Below, piece by piece: positions 9,647 through 19,004 of a stretch of DNA of 64,000 nt. Each line of letters begins with the position of its first letter. Position 1 is the first letter of the stretch. The notes beneath the pieces are model-generated. The model ran no database searches, was not told where the DNA came from, and saw nothing but the letters and a program-made list of their open reading frames with translations. Made by a program: the position numbers and the translations under genes. This DNA comes from an uncultured Candidatus Saccharibacteria bacterium (GTDB lineage Bacteria > Patescibacteriota > Saccharimonadia > Saccharimonadales > AWTP1-31), in the NCBI GenBank assembly GCA_964409615.1, contig CAYPDT010000002.1, positions 65,226-129,225 on the forward strand. Direction: 5' to 3'.

Positions 9647-10885
9647 TTAGTAATTTTTAGATGTTACTAATTCAACTTTAGTGTAACTATTGAGCAAATC
9701 GCTAACTCGTTTTGTTTGCGCATCGACTGTCGTATTATTCTGCGAACGTGCTAGTAGTGGTGCTGCAACATCGAGCGGTATCATGGTAAAGGCTCGTCGC
9801 TTTAGCAAATCTTCATTGGCTTTTTGTTGTGCCGTCCACTCGTAGTGCATGTATATCGGTAGGTACTTAGGTGCTTCAATTGTTTTAGTTTTGGTATCGA
9901 TGTCCATAATCGCGATACCGCTAACCAGTGCCTCGGTTTCTATTTGTGCGTTCAAAAAATTACCAAGTGAATACCATACGAGCGTCTTTCGGCCATCATT
10001 ACCGGTCAGTTGTTTAACTGGCTCGAGAACATGTGGCCCATGGCCAAGCACTACATCGGCACCCCAATCTGCAAGTTTTTGACTAATTTCTGTTTGGTTC
10101 GCGTTGATGGCCGGAGAGTATTCTGTTCCCCAGCGCATGCTTACTAACACTATATCGGCATTAGCCCGGGCTGTGGTTACTTGTTGCTGTGCTGTTTCAG
10201 AATTATACATATTGAGCCCATAGCTGTTTGCTGGAACAGAGTTTGAATAAGTCGAGTAAGACAAAAAGGCAAAACGCACCCCTTTAACTGTGAAGTATCG
10301 AATCTTAGCTTGCTCGTCAGCGTTCCTATTGGCACCAGCAACAGCTAACATATTAGGCTGTTTGTCCCAATCCTCTAATTCGGCATCAATAACTTTTTGA
10401 CCTTTATCAAAGGTGTGATTAGTACCAGTATTAACTGTGTTGCAGCCAAGCTTGTTTAAGTCGTGAGCAACCTCAAGCGGCGAGTTAAATACTGGGTAGC
10501 CACTTATGCCGAATGCCGGCCCACCACCAGGCACTGCTTGATTACAAAACCGCACATCTGCGGCATCGAAGTATTTCTGAAGCGGTTTCATAAATTGATA
10601 GTAATCATAGCTGCCATCACTTTTCTTGGCCTGTGCGTTTAGGGCATCGTGAGCGATAGTGTCGCCAGTAGCGATAAATCGTATTCGATTGGATGTCTTG
10701 GCCATGTCACCAGTTTCACCACCATTGTTCTTTTTTACTGGTGAATTAACCCGGGATGGCCAAAGCACAATAATACAAGCAACAACAGCAAGACCAATTG
10801 CCAGAAAAATATATTGTCGTGAATAATGCTGCAATGCCTTGACGCCAGGGTAACTACTGAATACTCCACGAGTCTTACGTGCCAT
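9647..10885 (-). CDS. CapA-family (PGA_cap metallophosphatase-like) protein
   Basis: N-terminal TM anchor. IRFIATGDTIAHD, NTGTNHTFDKG, VSMRWGTEYS, VVLGHGPHVLEP blocks typical of CapA. Confidence 0.8.
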   Translation of the reverse strand: MARKTRGVFSSYPGVKALQHYSRQYIFLAIGLAVVACIIVLWPSRVNSPVKKNNGGETGDMAKTSNRIRFIATGDTIAHDALNAQAKKSDGSYDYYQFMKPLQKYFDAADVRFCNQAVPGGGPAFGISGYPVFNSPLEVAHDLNKLGCNTVNTGTNHTFDKGQKVIDAELEDWDKQPNMLAVAGANRNADEQAKIRYFTVKGVRFAFLSYSTYSNSVPANSYGLNMYNSETAQQQVTTARANADIVLVSMRWGTEYSPAINANQTEISQKLADWGADVVLGHGPHVLEPVKQLTGNDGRKTLVWYSLGNFLNAQIETEALVSGIAIMDIDTKTKTIEAPKYLPIYMHYEWTAQQKANEDLLKRRAFTMIPLDVAAPLLARSQNNTTVDAQTKRVSDLLNSYTKVELVTSKNY

Positions 10886-10903
10886 GTATGTATTATAGCA
10901 ATT

Positions 10904-12148
10904 TTAATTTCGGCGTAATCGCCACCAGAAACCCGGTTGGACAAGACTGCTATCTTGCTTTAAGTCAACCACGGCCATATCTTCACCAAACCGTACCGTA
11001 ACCTTACCTGCAGCGGCACCTTTACCTAACGTTTTTATGTCTGATGTAACATCTGTTTGAGGTATATTGTTCTGCCAGCCAAAAACAGTAACATCTTTTT
11101 GGGCTACTACTGCAGTCTGGGCACCCCAAGCTGTTTTGAGCACACCAAACTGCTGGCCTGCCGTCACGATTACTGTATCGCCAAAGCCAGTCTTTACTTG
11201 TGCAATCAGCGGTTTTGTTTGGTTCATAGCGTCGGTCAATGTTGGTGCTGCCATGACAGCAGTTACAATTGTAGCGGTCTTACCATTTTCATACTGCTGA
11301 GTTGTTGAGGCTAAGTAGCAGCCGCCAGCTTCGTCCGTATTGCCAGTTTTAATTCCATTAATGCCTGTCTGACCCAGAAGTCGATTGGTGTTAGTAATAG
11401 TCCCAGCAACCGGCACGTCAGCCTGTTTCTGGTTCACAATTTCTGCTAGTACTGGGTTCTTAATTGCTTCCAATCCTAGCCGAACCAAATCACTGGGCGT
11501 ACTTACCGTTTCAGCTGAAAAGCCGCTAGCATCAGCAATGCGCGTCTTTGTCATGCCAAGTCGCTCTACGTAAGTATTAGCGTACTGAATATAATCTTGT
11601 TGTGATCCAAATGCCCAGTTAGTGAGTGTTTCTGCCATATTGTTCGAAGAGGGAAGTAGCAGCGATTGCAGCGCTTGATATTCAGTCAATGTAGCTCCAG
11701 CCGCAACTGCCGTCACTGAACCATCTTGGGCAATATATTTTTGGTACAAAGCTTCGTCTTCGGCGGTTAGCGTAATAGTTTCGCCTTGCTCAGTTAGTTT
11801 TAGTGGTTTCTTATCTAAAACGGCAAGGGCAGTGACAACCTTAGCCACACTGGCCGTGGGCGTAGCTTTTTCATCTTTATTGCTAGCAGCAATTATGCCA
11901 ACACCCACGGCGCCTACGGCTGCATTGCTGCCAGTTGGCCAGGTAATATTAGTTTCTTTTTTGGAATACTGCTGTTTTGTTTCGGTAAATTGTGGTTGTG
12001 GAAGCGGCATACGATAACGGGCCACGCCAAGCGCGACACCTACCAGCAGAATAACTATAAGCACCACAGGAATAACCGGGAGCTTACGCTTTTGTCGCCC
12101 AGGTTGATAGCTAACAGTTCTAAGGTGGTGTGGCTCTATGATTCTCAT
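10904..12148 (-). CDS. serine-type D-Ala-D-Ala carboxypeptidase (peptidase S11, PBP5-like)
   Basis: SxxK (ASVAKVV), SxN-like (ASGFSAE) and KTG (IKTGNT) motifs in the correct order. N-terminal membrane anchor. Confidence 0.82.
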   Translation of the reverse strand: MRIIEPHHLRTVSYQPGRQKRKLPVIPVVLIVILLVGVALGVARYRMPLPQPQFTETKQQYSKKETNITWPTGSNAAVGAVGVGIIAASNKDEKATPTASVAKVVTALAVLDKKPLKLTEQGETITLTAEDEALYQKYIAQDGSVTAVAAGATLTEYQALQSLLLPSSNNMAETLTNWAFGSQQDYIQYANTYVERLGMTKTRIADASGFSAETVSTPSDLVRLGLEAIKNPVLAEIVNQKQADVPVAGTITNTNRLLGQTGINGIKTGNTDEAGGCYLASTTQQYENGKTATIVTAVMAAPTLTDAMNQTKPLIAQVKTGFGDTVIVTAGQQFGVLKTAWGAQTAVVAQKDVTVFGWQNNIPQTDVTSDIKTLGKGAAAGKVTVRFGEDMAVVDLKQDSSLVQPGFWWRLRRN

Positions 12149-12276
12149 ACGCTAATGCTTTAGCCACAGTATAGCAAAAAATGTGCAGTGTTTTACTGTA
12201 TCTAGCTAATAGATAGTCTAATGGCTAGCGGAATACTGCAATTTACGTTATAATCACCCCTTGTAATTCCACGTAA

Positions 12277-12351
12277 TAGGGCGTCGCCAAGTGGTAAGGC
12301 ACTGGTTTTTGGTACCAGCATTCGGGGGTTCGAATCCCTCCGCCCTAGCCA
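12277..12351 (+). tRNA. tRNA-Gln (anticodon UUG), CCA encoded
   Basis: Manual cloverleaf: acceptor TAGGGCG/CGCCCTA, D arm GCC-AAGTGGTAA-GGC, anticodon stem CTGGT/ACCAG with loop TTTTGGT, T arm GGGGG-TTCGAAT-CCCTC, discriminator G plus CCA. Confidence 0.9.
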
Positions 12352-12516
12352 AGTAAAGAGCTCATCCAAAGGATGGGCTTTTTACTTGGCTCAGTGTGAC
12401 GGATCGAATTTCCGAGTGAGGCATTCGGGGTGAGAAATGCCACTGGCATTTCGCAAGGAAATCTTCTGGGTGCAACTGGTTGCACGCCATGAAGTTTCGG
12501 GCCTGCCGAAGGTAGG

Positions 12517-12538
12517 TCGAATCCCTCCGCCCTAGCCA
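12517..12538 (+). repeat. exact 22-nt duplicate of the tRNA-Gln 3' end (TCGAATCCCTCCGCCCTAGCCA)
   Basis: Identical to nt 12330-12351 inside the tRNA. No matching 5' acceptor strand upstream, so it is a fragment and not a second tRNA. Confidence 0.85.
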
Positions 12539-12544
12539 CGATAG

Positions 12545-12570
12545 AACCGGACAGTATGTCCGGTTTTTTC
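12545..12570 (+). terminator. rho-independent terminator-like hairpin
   Basis: AACCGGACA-gta-TGTCCGGTT followed by a T-run (TTTTTT), immediately after the duplicated tRNA 3' end. Confidence 0.6.
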
Positions 12571-12694
12571 GTGGATCAAGGGGAGCAATCCGAAAATCCG
12601 AATTAGTGAGCAAAGCGAACGAATGAGAGGGTTCGACCACAAGGAACTATCGCAGAAACTCGTTTCGAGAAAGCTGTGCAGGGAGAAGCGAAAC

Positions 12695-12716
12695 GTTCAT
12701 CCATCCGCCCTAACTA
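12695..12716 (+). repeat. degenerate third copy of the tRNA-Gln 3' end
   Basis: GTTCATCCATCCGCCCTAACTA compared with GTTCGAATCCCTCCGCCCTAGCCA. The core TCCGCCCTA is exact (12704-12712). Confidence 0.5.
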
Positions 12717-12722
12717 AAGCAC

Positions 12723-14393
12723 CTACTCGTTTCTGTAGCCATCAATAATGCTTTGTAGCTGGTTTGTCTTATCGACGTTCCAACCTTCCGGTGCCGCCAC
12801 CGAGGCCCACGCAGCGACAATTTTATCGGCGTAGTTATGGCCATGACCGTTAGGTGCACTGACGCCCAAGAATTGGTCAAGCGCAACTTGCGTAAAAGTA
12901 ATGAAGGGGTACCACTGCATCGTAGGTGATACATCTGCTCCACGTGGTTCACTCAGCCAGTCGGGTTTATTTAGGATTAAATCAAAGTCAAACCATACTA
13001 CCGGGTCGGAGGGATGCTGAAGGTATAAGGTACGAGGTTTTCGCCACGCAGTTTGGTCTTCATTAAAGTCTTTGGGGTTATCAACAAAACGGATTGAGTT
13101 ACCGTTCTGATACTCAGGGTCAATTTGCGGTGTGCCTGGTTCTCGATTTGCAGTTATTGTTTTCCAGAGTTCCGTATCACTTGGGGTGCCTACAAATAAA
13201 GCGCCATCGGTAGTGTACTTTAAGTCATTGGCGCCGCTAAAAGCAGCCTGTCCGCCATATGAACCCAAGCTTAGCCCATAGCTAATCAATTTGGGACGAT
13301 TAGCTTCAGGCAAGCTGGCCCACTTGCCGTACACCGCATTGAATAATTCTCGTCCAGTGTCTTTAGCGTCTTGTTTGTTAACTAAAAATGACAACCAGCT
13401 TGGCAGGTAAGAATACTGCACGCTCACAATGGCCGTATCACCACCATACATGTATTCAATACTGTCTACCGATTGAGGTTCAAGCCATCCTGTACCTGTT
13501 GCATTACCAATTACTAAAACTTTCCTAGAAAATGCTTGTGTCCGTTCAAGTTCTTTTACCGCTAAGCTAGCTCGCTCCGCCGGCGTAGCTGCGCTCTGCA
13601 AGCCAGCGTATATACGTATGGGTATCTTTGTATCTGTTTTAGTAAAACTACTCAGTTGTTTCTGTGATGGCCCTCGGCCTACAAATCCTCGCCCCTGATA
13701 TCCTAAAGTATTCCATGGGATAAGCGATGCTGTGCTCCCGGAGCGTTCTTGTGCTTGTGGCTGAACTACTCCAATTGGCGTTTTGTCATTCCGTTTGCTG
13801 TAGCTTTTGTTTGCAAAACGCACAAAACTACTGAACAACAGGCCATTAAAAATGGTAATCAGGAGGTAGGTGGAGATTACAATCCCCGCTACAATGCTAA
13901 CTTTTCTTGGCAAGAGTTTGTCAATCAAGTTTATTAGCCAACGCGTCGCTACACGTACTATTCTCGAAATATAGAGAATGGCCGCTCCTGTTGCCAAAGA
14001 CAGTAATAGAATCCTAAAAATATAACGATGGTCTTGTGGCTGCTCGCCGACCAATCGACTGACCTGAGTTTGCCAACTACCCGCCAGGTATAGATATACT
14101 AAGCCAGCAATAGGGCCACAAACTGCCAGAATCCACCAAGCAATGTGCTTTACTTTTTTGGGCGGTTCCCATTCCAAGAACCACCGCAAGGCCCAGCTCG
14201 TAAAACTTCCACAGCCATATCCAATAGCCAGACTCACTCCAGTAACTATCCCCTGAAACAGCCATGGACGCGGCAATAACGAAGGTAAAAACGAAATACA
14301 AAATGCAATTGCAGCGCCAACGAGTCCAAGATAGTTAAATCGTTTAAATACTTTCGCTGTAATATTGAGTTTTATTTTCTTCACTGTACGCAC
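12723..14393 (-). CDS. membrane-anchored alpha/beta hydrolase (Abhydrolase_9-like)
   Basis: The N-terminal ~190 aa contain several TM helices. The C-terminal domain has the nucleophile elbow SYGLSLGSYG and HGHNY near the end. 556 aa. Confidence 0.7.
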   Translation of the reverse strand: MRTVKKIKLNITAKVFKRFNYLGLVGAAIAFCISFLPSLLPRPWLFQGIVTGVSLAIGYGCGSFTSWALRWFLEWEPPKKVKHIAWWILAVCGPIAGLVYLYLAGSWQTQVSRLVGEQPQDHRYIFRILLLSLATGAAILYISRIVRVATRWLINLIDKLLPRKVSIVAGIVISTYLLITIFNGLLFSSFVRFANKSYSKRNDKTPIGVVQPQAQERSGSTASLIPWNTLGYQGRGFVGRGPSQKQLSSFTKTDTKIPIRIYAGLQSAATPAERASLAVKELERTQAFSRKVLVIGNATGTGWLEPQSVDSIEYMYGGDTAIVSVQYSYLPSWLSFLVNKQDAKDTGRELFNAVYGKWASLPEANRPKLISYGLSLGSYGGQAAFSGANDLKYTTDGALFVGTPSDTELWKTITANREPGTPQIDPEYQNGNSIRFVDNPKDFNEDQTAWRKPRTLYLQHPSDPVVWFDFDLILNKPDWLSEPRGADVSPTMQWYPFITFTQVALDQFLGVSAPNGHGHNYADKIVAAWASVAAPEGWNVDKTNQLQSIIDGYRNE

Positions 14394-14423
14394 GCTTATG
14401 TTATGCGTATCAGTATACGCCTG

Positions 14424-14750
14424 TTAGCGGCTGGTTTCGAGATATCGTTCGAGGTCTACGAGTTGTTTACGTATGGTGGCTCGGTCTTTTTGAGTCTTGA
14501 GCACGCGTGCAGCGTCTGCAATATCAATAATTAAATCTTGCTGTTCTGGGTACTCGCTTGCCAATGAATCCGCATAGTCCTGAACAGAACGGGCAGTATT
14601 TGGGTTAGTCAAAATAGCGGTCCGGAATGCCAAGTTTGGCAACGGCCGCGTTTGAATAGGCTGGTTTGTCATAAATTGCAATGCCATAAATCTCTCCCGC
14701 ATACATCTCAGTAGTCCTCGCAAAAAACCACCGAAATAAATACTAAACAT
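14424..14750 (-). CDS. hypothetical protein (true start probably internal, e.g. MALQF at about 14687)
   Basis: ORF only. No motif recognised. The C-terminal half is a charged helix (RVLKTQKDRATIRKQLVDLERYLE). Confidence 0.4.
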   Translation of the reverse strand: MFSIYFGGFLRGLLRCMRERFMALQFMTNQPIQTRPLPNLAFRTAILTNPNTARSVQDYADSLASEYPEQQDLIIDIADAARVLKTQKDRATIRKQLVDLERYLETSR

Positions 14751-14861
14751 ATTATATCATGCTAATGATTATTTATCAAGTATTAACTCCCTTGGTATTT
14801 TTGTATGTCATTTTTGCAATGTTTAAGAAAAATTTAACATTTTCAAGCGATACTAGTAGTA

Positions 14862-15599
14862 ATGAAGTTACTAATCATCGACGACGAACCAGGCATAGTA
14901 CTAGCGCTCTATAACGCACTTGGCGGCACCTACATAGTAGACAGCGCACTAAGCGGGCAAGCGGGTCTCCGTAAAATACATGCCAATCGTTATGACATAA
15001 TTCTGCTCGACCTCCACCTACGTGACATGCCTGGCTTAGAAGTTTGCCAAAGAATACGCGGCAGTGGCATCACCACGCCAATTTTAGTTTTGAGCGGTGA
15101 AGATGCCACGGAAAGCAAAGTTATGCTACTCGACAGCGGAGCAGATGACTACCTCACCAAGCCCTTTCAAAGGCAAGAACTTGAAGCTCGGCTGCGCGTG
15201 CTGACCAGGCAACATCATTCTACCGACAACAGTCCCAGCACTCTTGCCACCGGCGACTTAGTGCTCGACACCATAACCCATAAAGTCACACGAGCAGGCA
15301 TTCCCATTACTCTACGCCCCAAAGAATTCATACTACTGGAATGTCTCATGAAAAACGCGGGCAAACTTGTAACGCGCGAGACATTAGCCACACATGCCTG
15401 GGAAGGTGATTATCATGCCGTACATAATACTGTGCACGTACACATCACTCATCTCCGCCAGAAGATAGATAAACCGTTCGACCGTCCACTGATTAGGACA
15501 ATACATGGTTTTGGTTACAAAATTGATGCATCAAAATTAGTAACTCAACAACAAAATAAGGAGGATGAAGATGAACAATCTACTCGAAGCAGTTCTTAA
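14862..15599 (+). CDS. OmpR-family response regulator
   Basis: Receiver domain (LLIIDDEP, phospho-acceptor context IILLDLHLRDMPG, DDYLTKPF) plus a winged-helix output domain (LRPKEFILLECL...IRTIHGFGYK). Confidence 0.9.
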   Translation: MKLLIIDDEPGIVLALYNALGGTYIVDSALSGQAGLRKIHANRYDIILLDLHLRDMPGLEVCQRIRGSGITTPILVLSGEDATESKVMLLDSGADDYLTKPFQRQELEARLRVLTRQHHSTDNSPSTLATGDLVLDTITHKVTRAGIPITLRPKEFILLECLMKNAGKLVTRETLATHAWEGDYHAVHNTVHVHITHLRQKIDKPFDRPLIRTIHGFGYKIDASKLVTQQQNKEDEDEQSTRSSS

Positions 15600-15704
15600 T
15601 GACGCAGAATCAAGAAATACACAAGTGTTAGAGACTCTTGCAATAAACGTAAGTGACAACTACCTGCCATGGGGTGGTGACGTATAGGAACATGTGGCGC
15701 CTTC

Positions 15705-17180
15705 ATGGCGCCACAATATAGTAAAATCGGTAATACAGTGTACAAGAAACTGCTACAAAATCTGTACCAGATATTCATACGGCCAAAGTCAGTCGACCCA
15801 GACTCTATGCGCCATGAGTTCATACTCAATGTTATTTTATGTACCTCTACAATTGCTACAGGCATTGCAAGCGTTGCCACCTTAGCGAATGTATATACAA
15901 AACATGGAACCCTGAAATTACTCCTGCTACTGCCAATGATGTGCTTCATGGCGGTTACAGCGATACTAATTTGGATTTCTCGAAAAGGTCACTATCTGTT
16001 CGTTGCAGCTGTACTGATAGCCAGTCTAATTCTTACAGCCAGTTGCTTAATGTTAAGTTGGAGTTTTCTACTACCAATTGTCCCTATTACATTTGTGTTG
16101 GCAATTGTTATGTCGGGAGTACTATTTAAGGCTCGCATAGCGTTAGTAACTAGTGGGCTATCGACGGTAATTGTATTATCAATTGGTCTTGCGCAGGTGA
16201 ATCAATCACTCAATCCCTACGTGGGATGGCTTAATCATTCACTAGACCTTGTTGATGTAATTGGTTATATAGTCGCTTTCAATGTGATTGGTACCGTAAC
16301 GTGGCTGGCGAATCGGGAGATAGATAGCTCGTTGAGTCGAGCGCGGCAATCCGAGCACAACTTACAGCTCGAACGAGATAACCTAGAAGTAAAAGTTGCC
16401 GATAGGACACAAGAACTTAAAACGGCACAAATGGTACGCATAATGGAGCTACAGCGACTTTCCGAATACGGACGTATGGGCATGAGCTTATTACATGATG
16501 TCGCGAATCCGCTTACCGTAGCCACACTGAATATTGAACAATTGTGCTACAAGCATGAACCTGAGCTGATTGACCAACTTTCACGCAGCGTGCAATACAT
16601 TGAACGATACGTACAAGCAGCACGTAAGCAAATGAAGACTGGTGGAGAAGTAACAAAATTCCAAATCAACGACGAAATAGAGCAAGTAATAAGCATTGTG
16701 CAATATCGTGCAAAACTTAATCGAATAACCATTGAGCATCGGGCTTTAGCAAAACTAGAGTTACAGGGTGACCCCGTTAAGTTTAATCAACTTATTGCCA
16801 ACCTCGTAATTAACGCTATCGAATCGTACACCGATACCGCTAAAGTCAGGAAGGTACGGATTAACTATCAGTGCACGAAATCATTATTAGAACTTACTGT
16901 TCAGGATTGGGGAAAAGGCATCGCGGCGACAGACCTTACAAACATATTTGAACCATTTTTTAGTACCAAATCTAAAAATAACCAAAATATGGGCATTGGG
17001 TTATCCATGGTTAAACGCTACGTTGAAGAAGAATTCTCTGGCACCATATCAGTCAGCAGTACCATCAGTAAGGGTACGAAATTTGTAGTAAGACTTCCAC
17101 TGAGTAAGGCACATCATAAATACAAGCATTACACACAAAGCGATACAATTTCTTCGCAATCAACAACTATCAAACGGTAG
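15705..17180 (+). CDS. sensor histidine kinase
   Basis: Multi-TM N-terminus, coiled coil, H-box MSLLHDVANPL, N box LVINAIES, G boxes QDWGKGI and GIGLSMVKRYV. Directly downstream of the response regulator. Confidence 0.85.
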   Translation: MAPQYSKIGNTVYKKLLQNLYQIFIRPKSVDPDSMRHEFILNVILCTSTIATGIASVATLANVYTKHGTLKLLLLLPMMCFMAVTAILIWISRKGHYLFVAAVLIASLILTASCLMLSWSFLLPIVPITFVLAIVMSGVLFKARIALVTSGLSTVIVLSIGLAQVNQSLNPYVGWLNHSLDLVDVIGYIVAFNVIGTVTWLANREIDSSLSRARQSEHNLQLERDNLEVKVADRTQELKTAQMVRIMELQRLSEYGRMGMSLLHDVANPLTVATLNIEQLCYKHEPELIDQLSRSVQYIERYVQAARKQMKTGGEVTKFQINDEIEQVISIVQYRAKLNRITIEHRALAKLELQGDPVKFNQLIANLVINAIESYTDTAKVRKVRINYQCTKSLLELTVQDWGKGIAATDLTNIFEPFFSTKSKNNQNMGIGLSMVKRYVEEEFSGTISVSSTISKGTKFVVRLPLSKAHHKYKHYTQSDTISSQSTTIKR

Positions 17181-17337
17181 TTTTCAGGGATGGTCCGGCG
17201 ACACTATCGACAGTTTTGTACCAATCATCAAGCAGCCGACCATCTTTACTACTGCACTCATAAGTCGCTGCCTGGCGGCAAGCAATAATCCCTCTAAAAA
17301 CAATATTCAAGCAATATGTAACAAGTCCGTTGAATTC

Positions 17338-18999
17338 TTGCTGCAAAATCGCAATAAGAATTGGACCTGGAATTACTGGAAGCGTGATACTTCGTTAGCA
17401 ACCATCAAGTCCAACTATCCAGATGACTTGGACGATACAGCAAATGCACTATTAGCAATTCGTGCATACAGGCCTTCTGTAATTAATGGCACGTCATTAG
17501 CTCATATTGCCAATGTATTAATAAGTGCTGAGGAGTATGTTGGCGGCCCCTATCGAACCTGGTTAACAATGACTCCAGACGAAAAATGGCGTGATGTCGA
17601 TGTAGTAGTGAACGCGAATATTGGAGCACTACTTTCACGCCTTGGCGTCACCACGACCAAGCTTGAAGAATATATAGAGGAGCAATTAGAAAAGTCTAGC
17701 TTGGAATCACCCTATTACATATCGGCAATTCCAGCCATGTACTTTTTAAGTCACTGGTACCCAGATAAACACAATATCGTACGAAATATGATTAGTGATT
17801 TGCTGCAAAACACAACTCACAATGCCTTGATGCTGAGCATGTTAATTACTGCAGGTCGTAACTACAGACTAGAACCAGCAATTCTACGCCTTGCATCCAA
17901 TGACTTACTACGACTACGCACCGATGATCATTGGCCAGCAGAAGCGCTGTATCTTGACCCCATGAAAAGTGGCAAGCAGCTGTACGCCGGTTCCGCAGCT
18001 CTAACCACCTCATTCGCAATCGAAGCACTAACGCTGCTTACAAAAAATCATCTAGCGGTAACTACAGCAAAAGTAACGGCTACGTCGAAAAGTAACTATA
18101 ATAAATATATAGCCCCACAACACCAGTCAGTACTAGAAGATAGACTTGCCCAAACAATTCTGAAGTTACGTATGGATGATAAGAGTGGACTAATTACTAA
18201 ACCGGCACACATTCTAAATAAGGCTTACAACGGTAGTGTTAAAAAACAGACACTGCGTAATTTAAATCTAGCCTGCATCCACGGTTGGATTGCTTACGAT
18301 ATTTACGATGACTTTTTGGATGAAGAGGGGAGCCTAGCTCAACTACCACTGGCCAATAAAGCAGCACGGCAAATGTGCGATTATTTTGCACAATCCCTTC
18401 CTGGCAGCATACCGTTCCGCAAACAAGTACAATCAGTTCTCGATACGCTCGATGCCGCAAATATATGGGAGCTACGTAATGCTCGAGCCACAAAAAAGAA
18501 TGGTCGCCTTGTATATAAGTTAGCAGACTATAAATCATACCGACATCTTGCTGAAAAATCTTTTGGCATACTCCTAGCGCCTATTGGTGTAGCGATAATA
18601 AGCAACAAGCCTATCCAACCGCTCATCAAGTTTTTCACACACTTTCTAATTGCACGTCAGCTAAACGATGATGCGCATGATTGGGAAGAAGATTTAATAC
18701 ATGGTCACATAAGCGCAGTGGTTAGTATGGTGCTAAGAAATACCAAGCCAAATTCATGCGTCATAGAACGCGACTTGCCAGAACTTCGAAGATATTTTTG
18801 GCAGACGACCATTCATGATATTTCAAGTCTTATTCAACATCATTGCAGCCAGGCAAGGCTATTGTTCGAAGATTGTGAGTTCGTGCAAACCAAAGAAATT
18901 CAGAATTTACTGAAACCACTCGAGCTAGCTGCAGAAGAAGCGAAAAATGAATCGAGGAAAGCATCTGAATTTTTGGGTACGCTCCATGATATTAGTTGA
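17338..18999 (+). CDS. terpenoid cyclase/isoprenoid synthase-like fusion protein (N-terminus uncertain)
   Basis: DxDDTA motif (DLDDTA, nt 17425-17442) in the N-terminal half. Two DDxxD motifs in the C-terminal half (DDFLD at 18307-18321, DDAHD at 18667-18681). The reading frame stays open upstream to 17104 with protein-like sequence but no ATG or GTG. Confidence 0.6.
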   Translation: MLQNRNKNWTWNYWKRDTSLATIKSNYPDDLDDTANALLAIRAYRPSVINGTSLAHIANVLISAEEYVGGPYRTWLTMTPDEKWRDVDVVVNANIGALLSRLGVTTTKLEEYIEEQLEKSSLESPYYISAIPAMYFLSHWYPDKHNIVRNMISDLLQNTTHNALMLSMLITAGRNYRLEPAILRLASNDLLRLRTDDHWPAEALYLDPMKSGKQLYAGSAALTTSFAIEALTLLTKNHLAVTTAKVTATSKSNYNKYIAPQHQSVLEDRLAQTILKLRMDDKSGLITKPAHILNKAYNGSVKKQTLRNLNLACIHGWIAYDIYDDFLDEEGSLAQLPLANKAARQMCDYFAQSLPGSIPFRKQVQSVLDTLDAANIWELRNARATKKNGRLVYKLADYKSYRHLAEKSFGILLAPIGVAIISNKPIQPLIKFFTHFLIARQLNDDAHDWEEDLIHGHISAVVSMVLRNTKPNSCVIERDLPELRRYFWQTTIHDISSLIQHHCSQARLLFEDCEFVQTKEIQNLLKPLELAAEEAKNESRKASEFLGTLHDIS

Positions 19000-19004
19000 T
19001 ATAT

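Noticed and set aside
12352-12570. Possible tmRNA (ssrA) or second tRNA. The segment ends with a tRNA-like T-arm/acceptor/CCA sequence followed by a terminator, and smpB is present in the window.
   Set aside because: No 5' strand able to pair with CGCCCTA exists upstream. The acceptor would lack the G3:U70 alanine identity pair. The T-stem upstream of the 22-nt identity is broken. The segment is far shorter than a tmRNA, and no tag reading frame or pseudoknot pattern is evident. It is better explained as a duplicated att fragment.
12345-12640. Minus-strand ORFs of 64 and 92 aa across the tRNA-Gln trailer region.
   Set aside because: They overlap the tRNA 3' end, the duplicated att fragments and a plus-strand terminator. 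They have no RBS and no protein-like features.
15596-15949. 117-aa minus-strand ORF between the response regulator and the kinase.
   Set aside because: It overlaps the N-terminal TM region of the histidine kinase on the opposite strand. The two-component genes are co-oriented with an ordinary ~100-nt spacer.
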